Source: an uncultured Candidatus Saccharibacteria bacterium | GTDB taxonomy: Bacteria > Patescibacteriota > Minisyncoccia > Phycocordibacterales > WO2-35-19 | Assembly (NCBI GenBank): GCA_964589445.1 | Contig: CAZPQX010000002.1 | Location: forward strand, 91,882-155,881 | Length of the DNA stretch: 64,000 nucleotides | Direction of reading: 5' to 3' | Part shown: in pieces, positions 28,260-37,946 of the stretch | Layout: the number at the start of each line of letters is the position of its first letter | Position numbering within the stretch: the stretch's first letter is position 1 | Program-made: the position numbers and the translations under genes | Notes under the pieces: model-generated | Seen by the model: only the letters and a program-made list of their open reading frames with translations | What the model was told of the DNA's origin: nothing | Databases searched by the model: none

Positions 28260-28782
28260 CTGTATTTGTAAGTATTTTTGAAATATTTTGTTTAAATTCT
28301 TTGAGGCTAGGCAATTCGGACGCGTCTCTTATGCCTAAGTGAGCAAAAAGATCGACTCTCGCCCTATATCTTGGCGATTTGTCATCTTCGCTTTGGTATT
28401 TTTCGATGAGCCCCCTCGTGGCGAGACTCCTCACTACGAAATATGAATTGACCCCTCTTATATAGTCAATCTCCTTCCTTGTAGCTCCTTCATTATACAA
28501 TATTATTGCCAATGTTTCTAAGCCTGCTTTGCCTATGTCGCGACTCATTTCTTCTTTGGCTATCTTTTCTACGAGCTCCTTGGCTTCGGGAGATGTGGCG
28601 AGGGAAACTTCTATTTTGTTGTCTAAAAGGCAAATGCCTCTTGTGCTGAGGGAAGCAGAAAGACTCTCCAGTGCTTTTGAAATTTCGCCGACCTCTACTC
28701 CGAGCACTGAAGCAAGCCAGTCTCTCCTCACGGGCTCGTTTTTATAAAAAAGTAAGGCTTCTATTTTTTGTTCTAAGTTCAT
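28246..28782 (-). CDS. scpB: segregation/condensation protein B
   Basis: IEALLF, LETLAII.Y, I.YIRGVNS. Confidence 0.93.
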   Translation of the reverse strand: MNLEQKIEALLFYKNEPVRRDWLASVLGVEVGEISKALESLSASLSTRGICLLDNKIEVSLATSPEAKELVEKIAKEEMSRDIGKAGLETLAIILYNEGATRKEIDYIRGVNSYFVVRSLATRGLIEKYQSEDDKSPRYRARVDLFAHLGIRDASELPSLKEFKQNISKILTNTDGEN

Positions 28783-28792
28783 TGTTTAAATT

Positions 28793-29560
28793 TTAGTATT
28801 TTGGCACTAACACCTCATCTGTTTCCATTTCTATTTCATCGAAGCTGCTCTCTTGCTTGACTCGCAAGGCCCCTCTCTTGACTAGCTCGAGCATGGCGAG
28901 GAAGCTCACGATGACATTTATTTTATCTTCCTTGCTTGCTCCGCCACCTCTCCCAGAGAAGGAACTAAAACTCATTTTTAGATTTTTTTCTATCCTTTCA
29001 GAGAGCCTGCCTATCATTTCTTCAAGGCTTATTATCTTTGCTACGGAGATTTTTGGCAACACCTGGGGCTTGGGGATACTTTCGAGTACTTCAGAAAGTC
29101 TTTGCTTTAAATTTTCGAGAGTGATTTCGGCGGTTGGATTGAAGACCACTTCTTTTTGTTTCCTGTCTCTCGCGAAGTATAGGAAATTGCCAAATATTTT
29201 TGCTATTTGTTTGGAAGCTTCTTTGTACTCTTTGTACAGAGCTATCCTCCTCTCGAGCTCTTCTATGTTTTGCTCTTCTTCGGTCGAGAGTTCGAGAGTT
29301 GGTAGGAGGGATTTTGATTTGAGTAAAAGGAGGGTTGAAGCTATGAGTATGAAGTCGCTACTATCTTTGATCGGAAAGTCCTCGAAACTTTTGGTGTGTT
29401 CGATGAATTCGTCTGCCACTTGGGAAAGTGAGACTTGGCTGATGTGGAGTTTCCTTTTTTCTATTAGGTCTAGAAGCAGGTCGAGAGGACCTTCGAACTC
29501 CCCCGCCCGCACACTAAATTTACTATTTACGACTAATTTTGTCTCAGAATCGCTTTGCAT
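28793..29560 (-). CDS. scpA: segregation/condensation protein A
   Basis: FEGPLDLLL.LI, FLAMLELVK; start chosen 7 nt after TAAAAT. Confidence 0.93.
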   Translation of the reverse strand: MQSDSETKLVVNSKFSVRAGEFEGPLDLLLDLIEKRKLHISQVSLSQVADEFIEHTKSFEDFPIKDSSDFILIASTLLLLKSKSLLPTLELSTEEEQNIEELERRIALYKEYKEASKQIAKIFGNFLYFARDRKQKEVVFNPTAEITLENLKQRLSEVLESIPKPQVLPKISVAKIISLEEMIGRLSERIEKNLKMSFSSFSGRGGGASKEDKINVIVSFLAMLELVKRGALRVKQESSFDEIEMETDEVLVPKY

Positions 29561-29659
29561 TGCTGTCATTTTAGCATAAAAGTATTTTATGGCGTCGTTT
29601 AAAGGCGTTGTTGTGTTTTTAAACATATTGTGATATAATTAGTAGTGGAGGTAAATTTA

Positions 29660-30211
29660 ATGAACACCGTTTCGGGTGTTTTGTTTTTTGTCGCGTTTCT
29701 GCCCTACATCTGGGCCGTTATCAGTCGGGAGACCTTGCCGTCTCCTGTGTCGTGGGCGATATGGGCAAGCGTTGATACGCTAGCTTGGGTCGCCATGGTC
29801 AAAAAGAAAGCGGCCGTCGGGCAACTCACGGGAGCAATGATGGGTGCTTGGGTAGTCACTGGCCTCTCCCTTGTTCTGGGAAAGCCAACGATCGGCTCAG
29901 TTGAATGGGTCAGTATCGCTGGTGCTGCTTTGGGGATCATTCTTTGGCAGAAGACTGGTAACGCCGTCCTCGCGATCATTTGCTCGCAAATCGCAGTGTC
30001 CATCGGGGCCTTCCCCACATTTGCGAATGCGTACGCTAACCCCGCACAGGAAAATGCCTTGGCGTGGGTAATCTGGTTCCTTTCATGCGTTTGTGCCCTG
30101 CTTGCTGTTAAGAAGTGGGACCTTGCAAACGCATTGCAACCCGTCACTTTTACGACGATAGAGACCGTGATGGTCTTCCTTGTCGTCATCCGCCCCCATC
30201 TGGCTCCTTGA
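29660..30211 (+). CDS. multi-TM membrane protein (cassette); same family as 40222-40788
   Basis: GGAGG SD; PY...I....T.PS..SW.IW motif; ~6-7 TM. Confidence 0.75.
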   Translation: MNTVSGVLFFVAFLPYIWAVISRETLPSPVSWAIWASVDTLAWVAMVKKKAAVGQLTGAMMGAWVVTGLSLVLGKPTIGSVEWVSIAGAALGIILWQKTGNAVLAIICSQIAVSIGAFPTFANAYANPAQENALAWVIWFLSCVCALLAVKKWDLANALQPVTFTTIETVMVFLVVIRPHLAP

Positions 30212-30320
30212 GGAGCCGGGTGGGGCGTTTCGTTTTTGTATCGAAGAGTTTTAAAATCACACCAAAAAGTTATCCACAGGGGTGGGTTGCGGGGAGTTGT
30301 AAAGGGAGTATTATTAATCT

Positions 30321-30490
30321 CTTGGGAGTTCTTTGAGAAAATAAGTTTCGGGTTTCGTAAGACTTCCGGCCATTTCCTTGGAAGCTAGCTTCCTCCCATT
30401 TACCCTGCCGATGTCTTACATCACCCTTCTTCTTTTCTCTTAATTCTCATTGTTCTTTCCAAACCCCTCGCGTCGCGAGCGGGTTTTTTC
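30321..30490 (+). ncRNA. putative rod-like small RNA
   Basis: TTGCGG-N16-TATTAT promoter; stems GTAAGAC..CGGC/GCCG..GTCTTAC and GAGAAAA/TTTTCTC; terminator AAACCC.CTCGCG..GCGAGCGGGTTTTTT. Confidence 0.5.
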
Positions 30491-30532
30491 GTTACTAAAA
30501 AACAAATGCCCCGATTGGGGCATTTGTTTTTT

Positions 30533-31963
30533 TTATTTCTTACCTTCCTCTTTCTTTTCTACTTTTATACTTAGCTCTTTGAGTTGCTTTTCGGAAATTG
30601 GGCTTGGGGATTGCATCATCGGGTCTCTACCCTCTCCTGTCTTTGGGAAGGCGATGACTTCTCTGATGTTTGGCTCTCCTTGGAGAAGCATGACAAATCT
30701 GTCTAAGCCCCAAGCGATGCCGCCGTGTGGAGGTGTGCCAAGTTTGAATGCTGTGAGCATGTGCCCGAAATCTTTTTCTATTGATTCTTTTTCGTAGCCT
30801 AGGATTTCAAAAACTTTTTGCAAAGCTTCGTACTCGTGGTTCCTTATGCTGCCACCACCTATCTCGTAGCCATTGAGTACAATGTCGTATTGAGAAGTGA
30901 TGATGTCTCCGATGTTTTCTTTATTCATCAAGCTCTCCATATGCTCTTTGACTGGTCTTGAAAATGGGTTGTGAGTAAATGTCCACTCGCCTTTTGCTTG
31001 TGGGTTGTCTGATTTGTCTGTCCTCTCGAAAAATGGAAAATCTATAACCCAACAAAAAGCCAAGAGGTTTGGGTCGGTCTTGTCTTCTCTGATGTCTGGT
31101 CTGTCGCTACCATACTTTTCCATTGCTTCTTTGTAGCTGATACGAGGGAAAGGAATTTGCTGTATTTTTTTGTGAGGGTAAAGAGTTTGTACTATGGAGA
31201 TAAGAAGATCTTCGTTCATTTGCATCACGTTTTCTCTTTCGACAAAGCTCATTTCCATGTCTAGCTGGGTGAATTCTGGCTGTCTGTCGCCCCTTGTGTC
31301 TTCGTCTCGTAGGCATTTTGCTATTTGAAAATATCTTTCGATGCCACCTGTCATGAGGAGCTGTTTGTATTGCTGAGGAGATTGAGGGAGGGCGTAAAAT
31401 TCACCTGGATAAAGACGTGCAGGCACTACATAGTCTCTCGCTCCTTCTGGAGTTGATTTGGTTAGAAGCGGAGTTTCAACTTCTGTAAAATGGTTTTGGT
31501 CGAGGTGGTCTCTAATGAGCTTTATTATCTTGTGACGCATCCTTATGTTGTTTTGGACTCTTTCTGAACGAAGATCGAGGTATTTGTGTCTCAGTCTTAA
31601 ATTTTCGTCTATGCCAAAAGTATTTTGAGAAACTTCAAAAGGCAGAGTTTCGGCTTTGTTTAGGACCTCAATATTCAAAACTTCGAGCTCGATGTCGCCG
31701 TTTTGGACTTTGTCATTTATCATTTTTTCTGGTCTCTTGTTTACTTTGCCACCTACTTTGACTACGCATTCGTTTTTGATACTTCTAGCTAGGGCGACGA
31801 GCTCAGTGTTGCCTGGGAGGGCTACACCCTGCACTTTGCCGGTCATGTCACGGAAGTCAAAGAAGACCATTTTGCCTTGGTCTCTCACGACGTCTACCCA
31901 GCCGGATATTGACACTTCAGAGCCAATATTTTCTTTTAAGTCTTTTATATAAGTTCTTTTCAT
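30533..31963 (-). CDS. aspS: aspartate--tRNA ligase, compact (no GAD insert)
   Basis: OB fold, TPEGARDY, LPQSPQ, RDED..DRQPEFTQ, PPHGG.A.GLDR. Confidence 0.95.
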   Translation of the reverse strand: MKRTYIKDLKENIGSEVSISGWVDVVRDQGKMVFFDFRDMTGKVQGVALPGNTELVALARSIKNECVVKVGGKVNKRPEKMINDKVQNGDIELEVLNIEVLNKAETLPFEVSQNTFGIDENLRLRHKYLDLRSERVQNNIRMRHKIIKLIRDHLDQNHFTEVETPLLTKSTPEGARDYVVPARLYPGEFYALPQSPQQYKQLLMTGGIERYFQIAKCLRDEDTRGDRQPEFTQLDMEMSFVERENVMQMNEDLLISIVQTLYPHKKIQQIPFPRISYKEAMEKYGSDRPDIREDKTDPNLLAFCWVIDFPFFERTDKSDNPQAKGEWTFTHNPFSRPVKEHMESLMNKENIGDIITSQYDIVLNGYEIGGGSIRNHEYEALQKVFEILGYEKESIEKDFGHMLTAFKLGTPPHGGIAWGLDRFVMLLQGEPNIREVIAFPKTGEGRDPMMQSPSPISEKQLKELSIKVEKKEEGKK

Positions 31964-32015
31964 GATGTTAATATAGCAAATCTAAAAAATTACACCATAC
32001 TTGAGGGCGAGCAGT

Positions 32016-33824
32016 CTATTTGTCTTTTTGCATGCCCTGTTCGAACTTTTCTGCCTGGAGGGCGTAAAGTTTGGCGTATTCACCTTTGTCTTTCATTAGA
32101 GTTTCGTGAGTGCCGCTCTCTTTCACTTTGCCATCTTGGAGTACTATAATGTCGTCACACTCAGAGATGGTCGAGAAGTCGTGGGATATCATGATGGCGG
32201 TCATGGCGGGGATCTTATTCAAGCTCTCGAATATCTTGGCTTCGGACTCGGCGTCGACGGAGGCGGTGGGCTCGTCGAAGATGGTGACGAGCGCGCTCCT
32301 ATAAAGCATTTTGGCTATGGCGATCTTTTGCGACTGGCCGAACGAAGGCTCGATGCCGCCAAACTCCACTCCGAGCATGTGGTCGTATTTGTGTTCGAGC
32401 TTTTCGACGAATTCAGAAACTTGGGCGAGCTCTGATACATGGCGAACCTTGCCTTCGTTTACTCCCTCTTCTACTCTACCCATGGCTATCGCCTCTTTGA
32501 TCTTGAAATCATAACGAGAATATTCTTGAGACATGTAGCCGATATATGAAATCCATTCTTTGAGAGAAATTTCTCTGAGGTCGACGCCGTTTATAAGTAT
32601 CCTACCTTCGGTCGGGTCGTATATCCTGCAAATCAATTTGACCAGAGTGGTTTTGCCGGCTCCGTTGTTGCCCACGAGGCCGATTTTTTTGCCCGCAGCT
32701 AGTGTGAGATTTACATTTCGGAGGCTCCACTTTTTTTCTTCTTGAGGGTATTTGAAGCTGACATTTTCGAAGACGATGGTCGGAGGAGAAGTGAGATTTA
32801 GTTTGGTTGGATTTTTCGGACTGATTATAATTGGCTTTGTCTCGAAAAATTCAACCAAATCTTTTACTATCAAATGATCATCGTATTGTCGGCCAAACCC
32901 AGAAAGGATGGTGGTCACAGCTGAGCGCAAGTTGCCCAAAACTCCAAACATAAAGACGAGCCCTCCGACTGCCAAAGCTCCACTTGATACATCAGCTACT
33001 ATGAGATACATCGAATATGCAAAACCCATTACAGAAATTATCTGAGCTCCAGTGAGGAAGTAGAACTTACTTTTTTCGGTGGTTAATTGTTTTTTATTAA
33101 AATTTCTTAAAATATTATCTACCCAATTTATTATCCAGTTTCCGCTTTGTAGAAGTTTTGTTTCAGATATGTTTTGCCTTCCTGAAAAATGTCCGCGTAG
33201 GTCTGCAAATCTTCTTTGCTCGGGACTATCGCTAACCCAGATACTCCAAACATCTTGACTGTACTTGCCCTCCACTATGAGTCTAGGGATATTTGAGATT
33301 ATGATTATGAGGTAAATGGTCCAAGATACATTGGCTGTGATGATGGAACCAACAATAAGGGCTACTACAGTGAAAACTGTTTGTATAGTCGAATCTGCAA
33401 GTTTGAATATCGGCCAAAAACCATTTCTAAACGCTCTTTGTAGGAGATCTTGGAATTTGGGGTCTTCGTAAGTGGCGATATCTATACTGATCCTTTTCTT
33501 CATTACGAAGGTTTCCATGTAGGTTTGGAATTCGAAATACCACTTCTTGCTTATGAGGGTTTCGAAGCTGGATGTGATGCTGGGTATCGCACTCACGAGA
33601 GAGTAAATGATGAGTGTCGCTATGGCTGTACTCGCAGCTGCATTTTCAGAGATTATGGCGACAAGTTTGTTGACTAAGTCGCCTAGGAAGTACGAGCTTG
33701 CATAAGGCACTGCTCCACCTATAGCCATGAGGAGTGCTGTGAGTAATGTTTCTCTTGGTGCTATGGTGAGGGCAAACCCCATTGAGGTCCTGACGCTTTT
33801 GAGGAAGTCTAAAAATTTTCGCAT
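32016..33824 (-). CDS. ABC exporter, fused permease and ATPase
   Basis: N-terminal TMs, GNNGAGKTT, DEPT, ISH. Confidence 0.9.
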   Translation of the reverse strand: MRKFLDFLKSVRTSMGFALTIAPRETLLTALLMAIGGAVPYASSYFLGDLVNKLVAIISENAAASTAIATLIIYSLVSAIPSITSSFETLISKKWYFEFQTYMETFVMKKRISIDIATYEDPKFQDLLQRAFRNGFWPIFKLADSTIQTVFTVVALIVGSIITANVSWTIYLIIIISNIPRLIVEGKYSQDVWSIWVSDSPEQRRFADLRGHFSGRQNISETKLLQSGNWIINWVDNILRNFNKKQLTTEKSKFYFLTGAQIISVMGFAYSMYLIVADVSSGALAVGGLVFMFGVLGNLRSAVTTILSGFGRQYDDHLIVKDLVEFFETKPIIISPKNPTKLNLTSPPTIVFENVSFKYPQEEKKWSLRNVNLTLAAGKKIGLVGNNGAGKTTLVKLICRIYDPTEGRILINGVDLREISLKEWISYIGYMSQEYSRYDFKIKEAIAMGRVEEGVNEGKVRHVSELAQVSEFVEKLEHKYDHMLGVEFGGIEPSFGQSQKIAIAKMLYRSALVTIFDEPTASVDAESEAKIFESLNKIPAMTAIMISHDFSTISECDDIIVLQDGKVKESGTHETLMKDKGEYAKLYALQAEKFEQGMQKDK

Positions 33825-33868
33825 CTTTCTATTATGAACTTTTTATTAAGTGTTGTATAGTGTGGGGT

Positions 33869-34003
33869 ATGAGTTCTTTCCCCAGTACCGAGACGCTCAT
33901 CACGGCATCGATTTTTTTCTTGGTGCTGTTGGTGGGTGGTTTGGTTTTTTATATTATTTTTAGTGAGGGTGAATCTCATGGTCGAGATACGTATCGACGA
34001 TGA
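33869..34003 (+). CDS. 44-aa single-TM small protein (below ORF-track cutoff)
   Basis: MSSFPSTETLITASIFFLVLLVGGLVFYIIFSEGESHGRDTYRR; TATAGT 7 nt upstream; hairpin CGGCTCGC..GCGAGCCG downstream. Confidence 0.55.
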   Translation: MSSFPSTETLITASIFFLVLLVGGLVFYIIFSEGESHGRDTYRR

Positions 34004-34087
34004 GGACCAATGACTTACCTCTCGCTCCCCCTCGGCTCGCTAACCTGCGAGCCGTTCACTTTTGTAATTTTTTAAAATTTTTTGTGC

Positions 34088-35035
34088 CTAATTTACTCCG
34101 ATGGCGCCCCTCACTTCGACCATTTTGGTCTTGGCTATCTCCCCCGCTCTTTGTTTGCCTTGTTCTAAGACTCTCTTGACTAGCTCCTCATCTTTTTCTA
34201 TTTCTTTCCTTTTTTCTCTGAGGGGTGTGATGAAATTTTTTAAATCTTGGATTAGGATTTCTTTGAGTGATTTGTATTTGCCTTTGTTTTCTTCGTACAC
34301 TTTTTCGAGCTCGCTTTCGGGTCTTAAAAGTTTGTGTATCGCATATACATTGGCTGGTCTCTCGCCTGACGAATCTGTGACTATAGACATCACTTTCTCT
34401 TCTATCTCGCTATCTTCGGCGAAAAGAGAGATGGTGTTGCCATAGCTCTTGCTCATCTTGCGGCCGTCTATACCTGGGACGGTCTCGACTTCTTTCATGA
34501 TGTACTCTTCGGGAAGTTTGAAAGTTTCTCCAAAGATACGATTGAACTTTTCGGCTGTGTCGCGAGCAAACTCTATGTGCTGCTTTTGGTCCTGGCCTAC
34601 TGGCACGATGTCTGGCTCGTAAAGCAAAATGTCAGCCGCCATGAGCATGGGGTAATTGAATGTGCCCATGCTTACTTTTTCTTCTTCACCCTTTTCGACT
34701 GCGTCTTTGTATGCATGAGCTCTTTTCATGTATGGCACTGTGGTGATAGTGTCAAAAATCCAAGCTAGCTCGGTGTGCTCGGGGATGTCAGACTGCTTGA
34801 AGAGGATGTTTTTTTCCGTATCAAAACCGAGCGCGAGGAAGTCTATGGCTACTTCCCTAGTCAGTCTTTTCATCTCCTCCGCGTTTTGTATGAAATTGAG
34901 TGCGTGGTAGTCGACGATGATACCAAAGACTTTTGCGTCTTTTTGCATATCGATCAACTGCTTCATCATCCCAAAATAGTTGCCTAAGTGCGGTCTGCCT
35001 GTTGGTTTGATGCCTGAAAGTATTGTTTTGCTCAT
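34088..35035 (-). CDS. trpS: tryptophan--tRNA ligase
   Basis: SGIKPTG..HLGNY, YP.LMAADIL, VPVG.DQ.QH, KMSKS. Confidence 0.97.
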   Translation of the reverse strand: MSKTILSGIKPTGRPHLGNYFGMMKQLIDMQKDAKVFGIIVDYHALNFIQNAEEMKRLTREVAIDFLALGFDTEKNILFKQSDIPEHTELAWIFDTITTVPYMKRAHAYKDAVEKGEEEKVSMGTFNYPMLMAADILLYEPDIVPVGQDQKQHIEFARDTAEKFNRIFGETFKLPEEYIMKEVETVPGIDGRKMSKSYGNTISLFAEDSEIEEKVMSIVTDSSGERPANVYAIHKLLRPESELEKVYEENKGKYKSLKEILIQDLKNFITPLREKRKEIEKDEELVKRVLEQGKQRAGEIAKTKMVEVRGAIGVN

Positions 35036-35106
35036 TTATATTTAATTAGTTTTGATTTTTGTATTGTACAACAAAAACCTAATTTTCCAAAAGTAATGGC
35101 AGGGTT

Positions 35107-35209
35107 AAACCTGGGCAGGTATATTATTAGAAAAGCACCTGTAACCCGGGAGTGAGCACTTTTCCTTCTTTGGTCCAAGGCTTTCCTCATAACATACCTG
35201 ACCAGGTTT
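35107..35209. repeat. dispersed element copy R6
   Basis: AAACCTGG.CAGGTAT/ATACCTG.CCAGGTTT arms; core nearly identical to R5. Confidence 0.9.
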
Positions 35210-35267
35210 TAGGATTCGTGAATGTTTTTTTGAGAATATACCCTCCTGTTTTGTTGGTTGGATTGAT

Positions 35268-36173
35268 TTAATTAAGATTTTCCCAAATTGAGAAAATCGA
35301 CATTGGGAGTACCTTGTCGCTCGCTTCTTGTTTGATAGCAAGCTCGCCTGCTGTGACTGCGCCTCCCTTTCCCTCCATCATATCAAGCAACATATTTGAA
35401 AGTGAAAGAGATGAGAGCTCCGTGGAGTACATGTTTAGTATTACAAACAAAGGAGTGTCTGAAAGCGCTTCACCACAAAGTTTTAAAAAATCAGGGAGTT
35501 TGGTTTCTGCTTTCCACACTTCCCCTTTTGGACCTTTGCCGTAGCTTGGGGGGTCCATGATGATGGCGTCGTACCCAGCCTCTTCGGCGGACATGCTTTC
35601 TCCCTCCACTTCGCTAAAGCCCCGCGGGGCAAGTCTTTTTATTTCTCTCTTCAAAAACTTGACTGCGTCGTCGACTATCCATCTTATAGGTAAACTTTCG
35701 AGGCCTGATATTTTTTGGTTTTCCCTTGCCCACTCAACGCTTTGCTTTGAGCTATCCACATGTGTGACCTCGGCGCCACTCGCTGCTGCGACGAGGCTCG
35801 CTATCCCAGTATAGCCAAACAAATTTAATACTTTTATTTTTTTGTTTGGATTTTGGGATTTGGAGTTTTTTATTTTTTGTTCGATCCATCTCCATTCGCC
35901 TGCCTGTTCCGGAAAAATGCCTATGTGTTTTGAAGCTTCTTTGAAATTTACCCTTGCTTTTACGCTAGCCACTCCTATCTCGACTGTTCCTTCTAGCTCT
36001 TTGGTGGTGTCGCTCCAGTCTTCTTCTTTTAGGGTTTTTTGCCACCAGGCTCTTGGCTCCTTTCTGATTATTCTATTGCCATTTATTTCCTCGAGCTTCT
36101 CTTTTTGCCCAGAATCAAGGAGTTTGTACCCTGGAAGCTCTGTATCCCAAATTTCTATCGCTTTGTTTTTCAT
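35268..36173 (-). CDS. class I SAM-dependent methyltransferase (RlmI/RlmK-like)
   Basis: H.GIFPEQ, VLNLFGYTG, VDSS, DPPSYG. Confidence 0.88.
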   Translation of the reverse strand: MKNKAIEIWDTELPGYKLLDSGQKEKLEEINGNRIIRKEPRAWWQKTLKEEDWSDTTKELEGTVEIGVASVKARVNFKEASKHIGIFPEQAGEWRWIEQKIKNSKSQNPNKKIKVLNLFGYTGIASLVAAASGAEVTHVDSSKQSVEWARENQKISGLESLPIRWIVDDAVKFLKREIKRLAPRGFSEVEGESMSAEEAGYDAIIMDPPSYGKGPKGEVWKAETKLPDFLKLCGEALSDTPLFVILNMYSTELSSLSLSNMLLDMMEGKGGAVTAGELAIKQEASDKVLPMSIFSIWENLN

Positions 36174-36266
36174 AACCTAACAATACCAAAATATATGACT
36201 AATTTGAATATGCGAAGCTGAGCTTTGAATATAAGTAACAAAGTTTTTTGGGTCGGGTAATTTAAA

Positions 36267-37907
36267 TTAAAGGAAAAGGCGGACGAGGCGGAGGTCGTCG
36301 TAAGAGAATTTGGGGCCGAGCAGGTTTTTGACGGGCCCGAGCTTGTAAAACCCTTCTTCGGAAATACCCAATTTTTTGAAGGCTGCGTATATCTTTTTGA
36401 ATTTGGTTTGAGGGATGCCGTCTTTTAAATTGTAAATATTATAGCTTGGGTTTTCGGATTTGATTTCTTCGATGTGGTCTATGATGGTGCCAAATTTTAA
36501 TCCCCTCTTTTCTGCAATTTTTTTTATTTGCATCCCTTCGTTGAGCATCTTTTTGGTCTCTTCTACAGTGCTTAATTTTGGTTTTTTGGATGAACTTTTG
36601 TTTTCTATTTTGGTTTTAAACTCCTCGTGCATCTCTTTTACCTTCTCTTCTCCAAAGGTGCGGATGTGGAATGAGTTGGTCTCTGACATTTTTTTGAACT
36701 TACGGTCGAGCTCTAAAACTTCTTGGTTTACCTCTAGTGCCATCGCGTTTATGCCTTTGAGGAAGAGTCCGTCGAGCGAGCGTACGCGCGAAATAGCCAC
36801 ATAACCCATACCTCTTTCGAAGGATCTAGAAAGGTCTATCTCGGCCGCGTCGAGAGACATGCCTTGGCTTTTGTGGATGGTGATGGCCCAAGCAAGCCTC
36901 AAGGGGAACTGGCTTATTTCTGCTATTGTTTTGCCTTCTTCTTCTATTGCCCAATATTCCCTCTCGACATCTATGGTTTGGCCAGAAAGAGTTTTGACTC
37001 TGATGTCTTCGTATTCGCAGTTTTCAACTACTCCTAGTGTGCCGTTCACATAACCTTTTTCAAAATTGTTTTTTACGAACATAACCTTCGCCCCCTTTTT
37101 AAGCTCAAGATTTTCGGGTGCTAAGCAGCTCTTTTTTAGAGTTTCGATGATGGATTTTTTGCCGCTTGAACGCATGATGTATTCTATTTTTTTGCCTGAA
37201 ATTTTATCTAGCTCAGTGAAATTTTCTGTATCAACATTTGAGTTGTGAGTGTAGAGCTTTGTGGCGTCTAGATCTTTATTTTTTATAAAACGAGTTTGGA
37301 GTATCTCGCTGCTTTCGGAGGACACGCTGCCGGACCTGACTTCGTTTAGTATCTTGATCAGATGATCGTCTTTTTGACGGTGTTGTTCGGAGAGGTAGCA
37401 TATCTTGACTCCCATATCTTTCCAGCTTGTGCCATGGTACGCAAAAAGGGCCTCTATTTCTCCGCTCCTGTGTATTGGTGGAAGCTGAAAGAAGTCGCCA
37501 CAAAGTACGACCTGCATACCACCAAATGGTTTGTCGACTGATTTTATTTCTCTCACCACCTTGTCTACAAGGTCGAGGTGGTTGTGACTTAGCATGGATA
37601 TTTCGTCGATGATGAGTACAGAAGAGTCTTTTACCTTTTTTACTACATGAGACCTCTCGGCTATTTCAGATATTTCGGAGCTTGTGAGGGAGTTGTTGAT
37701 GCCGATGCCTGACCAAGAATGTATGGTGGTGCCACCCATGTGGGTGGCGGCTATGCCTGTTGATGCCGTGATGCCTATATTTGCATTTAATTCTTTGAGA
37801 TATTTGATGTATTCACGAAGGACGAAAGTCTTGCCGCTTCCGGCAGGCCCGGTGAGGAAAACATTCCTACCCGTTTTGAGTATGTCTAGAGCCTCTTTTT
37901 GAGTCAT
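36267..37907 (-). CDS. PIF1-family helicase with C-terminal HTH
   Basis: TGPAGSGKT, DEISM, GDFFQLPP, QFPLRLAWAITIHKSQG. Confidence 0.92.
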   Translation of the reverse strand: MTQKEALDILKTGRNVFLTGPAGSGKTFVLREYIKYLKELNANIGITASTGIAATHMGGTTIHSWSGIGINNSLTSSEISEIAERSHVVKKVKDSSVLIIDEISMLSHNHLDLVDKVVREIKSVDKPFGGMQVVLCGDFFQLPPIHRSGEIEALFAYHGTSWKDMGVKICYLSEQHRQKDDHLIKILNEVRSGSVSSESSEILQTRFIKNKDLDATKLYTHNSNVDTENFTELDKISGKKIEYIMRSSGKKSIIETLKKSCLAPENLELKKGAKVMFVKNNFEKGYVNGTLGVVENCEYEDIRVKTLSGQTIDVEREYWAIEEEGKTIAEISQFPLRLAWAITIHKSQGMSLDAAEIDLSRSFERGMGYVAISRVRSLDGLFLKGINAMALEVNQEVLELDRKFKKMSETNSFHIRTFGEEKVKEMHEEFKTKIENKSSSKKPKLSTVEETKKMLNEGMQIKKIAEKRGLKFGTIIDHIEEIKSENPSYNIYNLKDGIPQTKFKKIYAAFKKLGISEEGFYKLGPVKNLLGPKFSYDDLRLVRLFL

Positions 37908-37946
37908 GCGACTATTTTAGCAGAGTTTTGGCAGAAATTTAAAATT

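Noticed and set aside
30270-30278. DnaA box TTATCCACA as oriC
   Set aside because: Isolated box (one more near-match around 59747), no cluster, no dnaA nearby.
30533-31963. Short aspS as a pseudogene
   Set aside because: All three class II motifs are intact; only the dispensable GAD insertion is missing.
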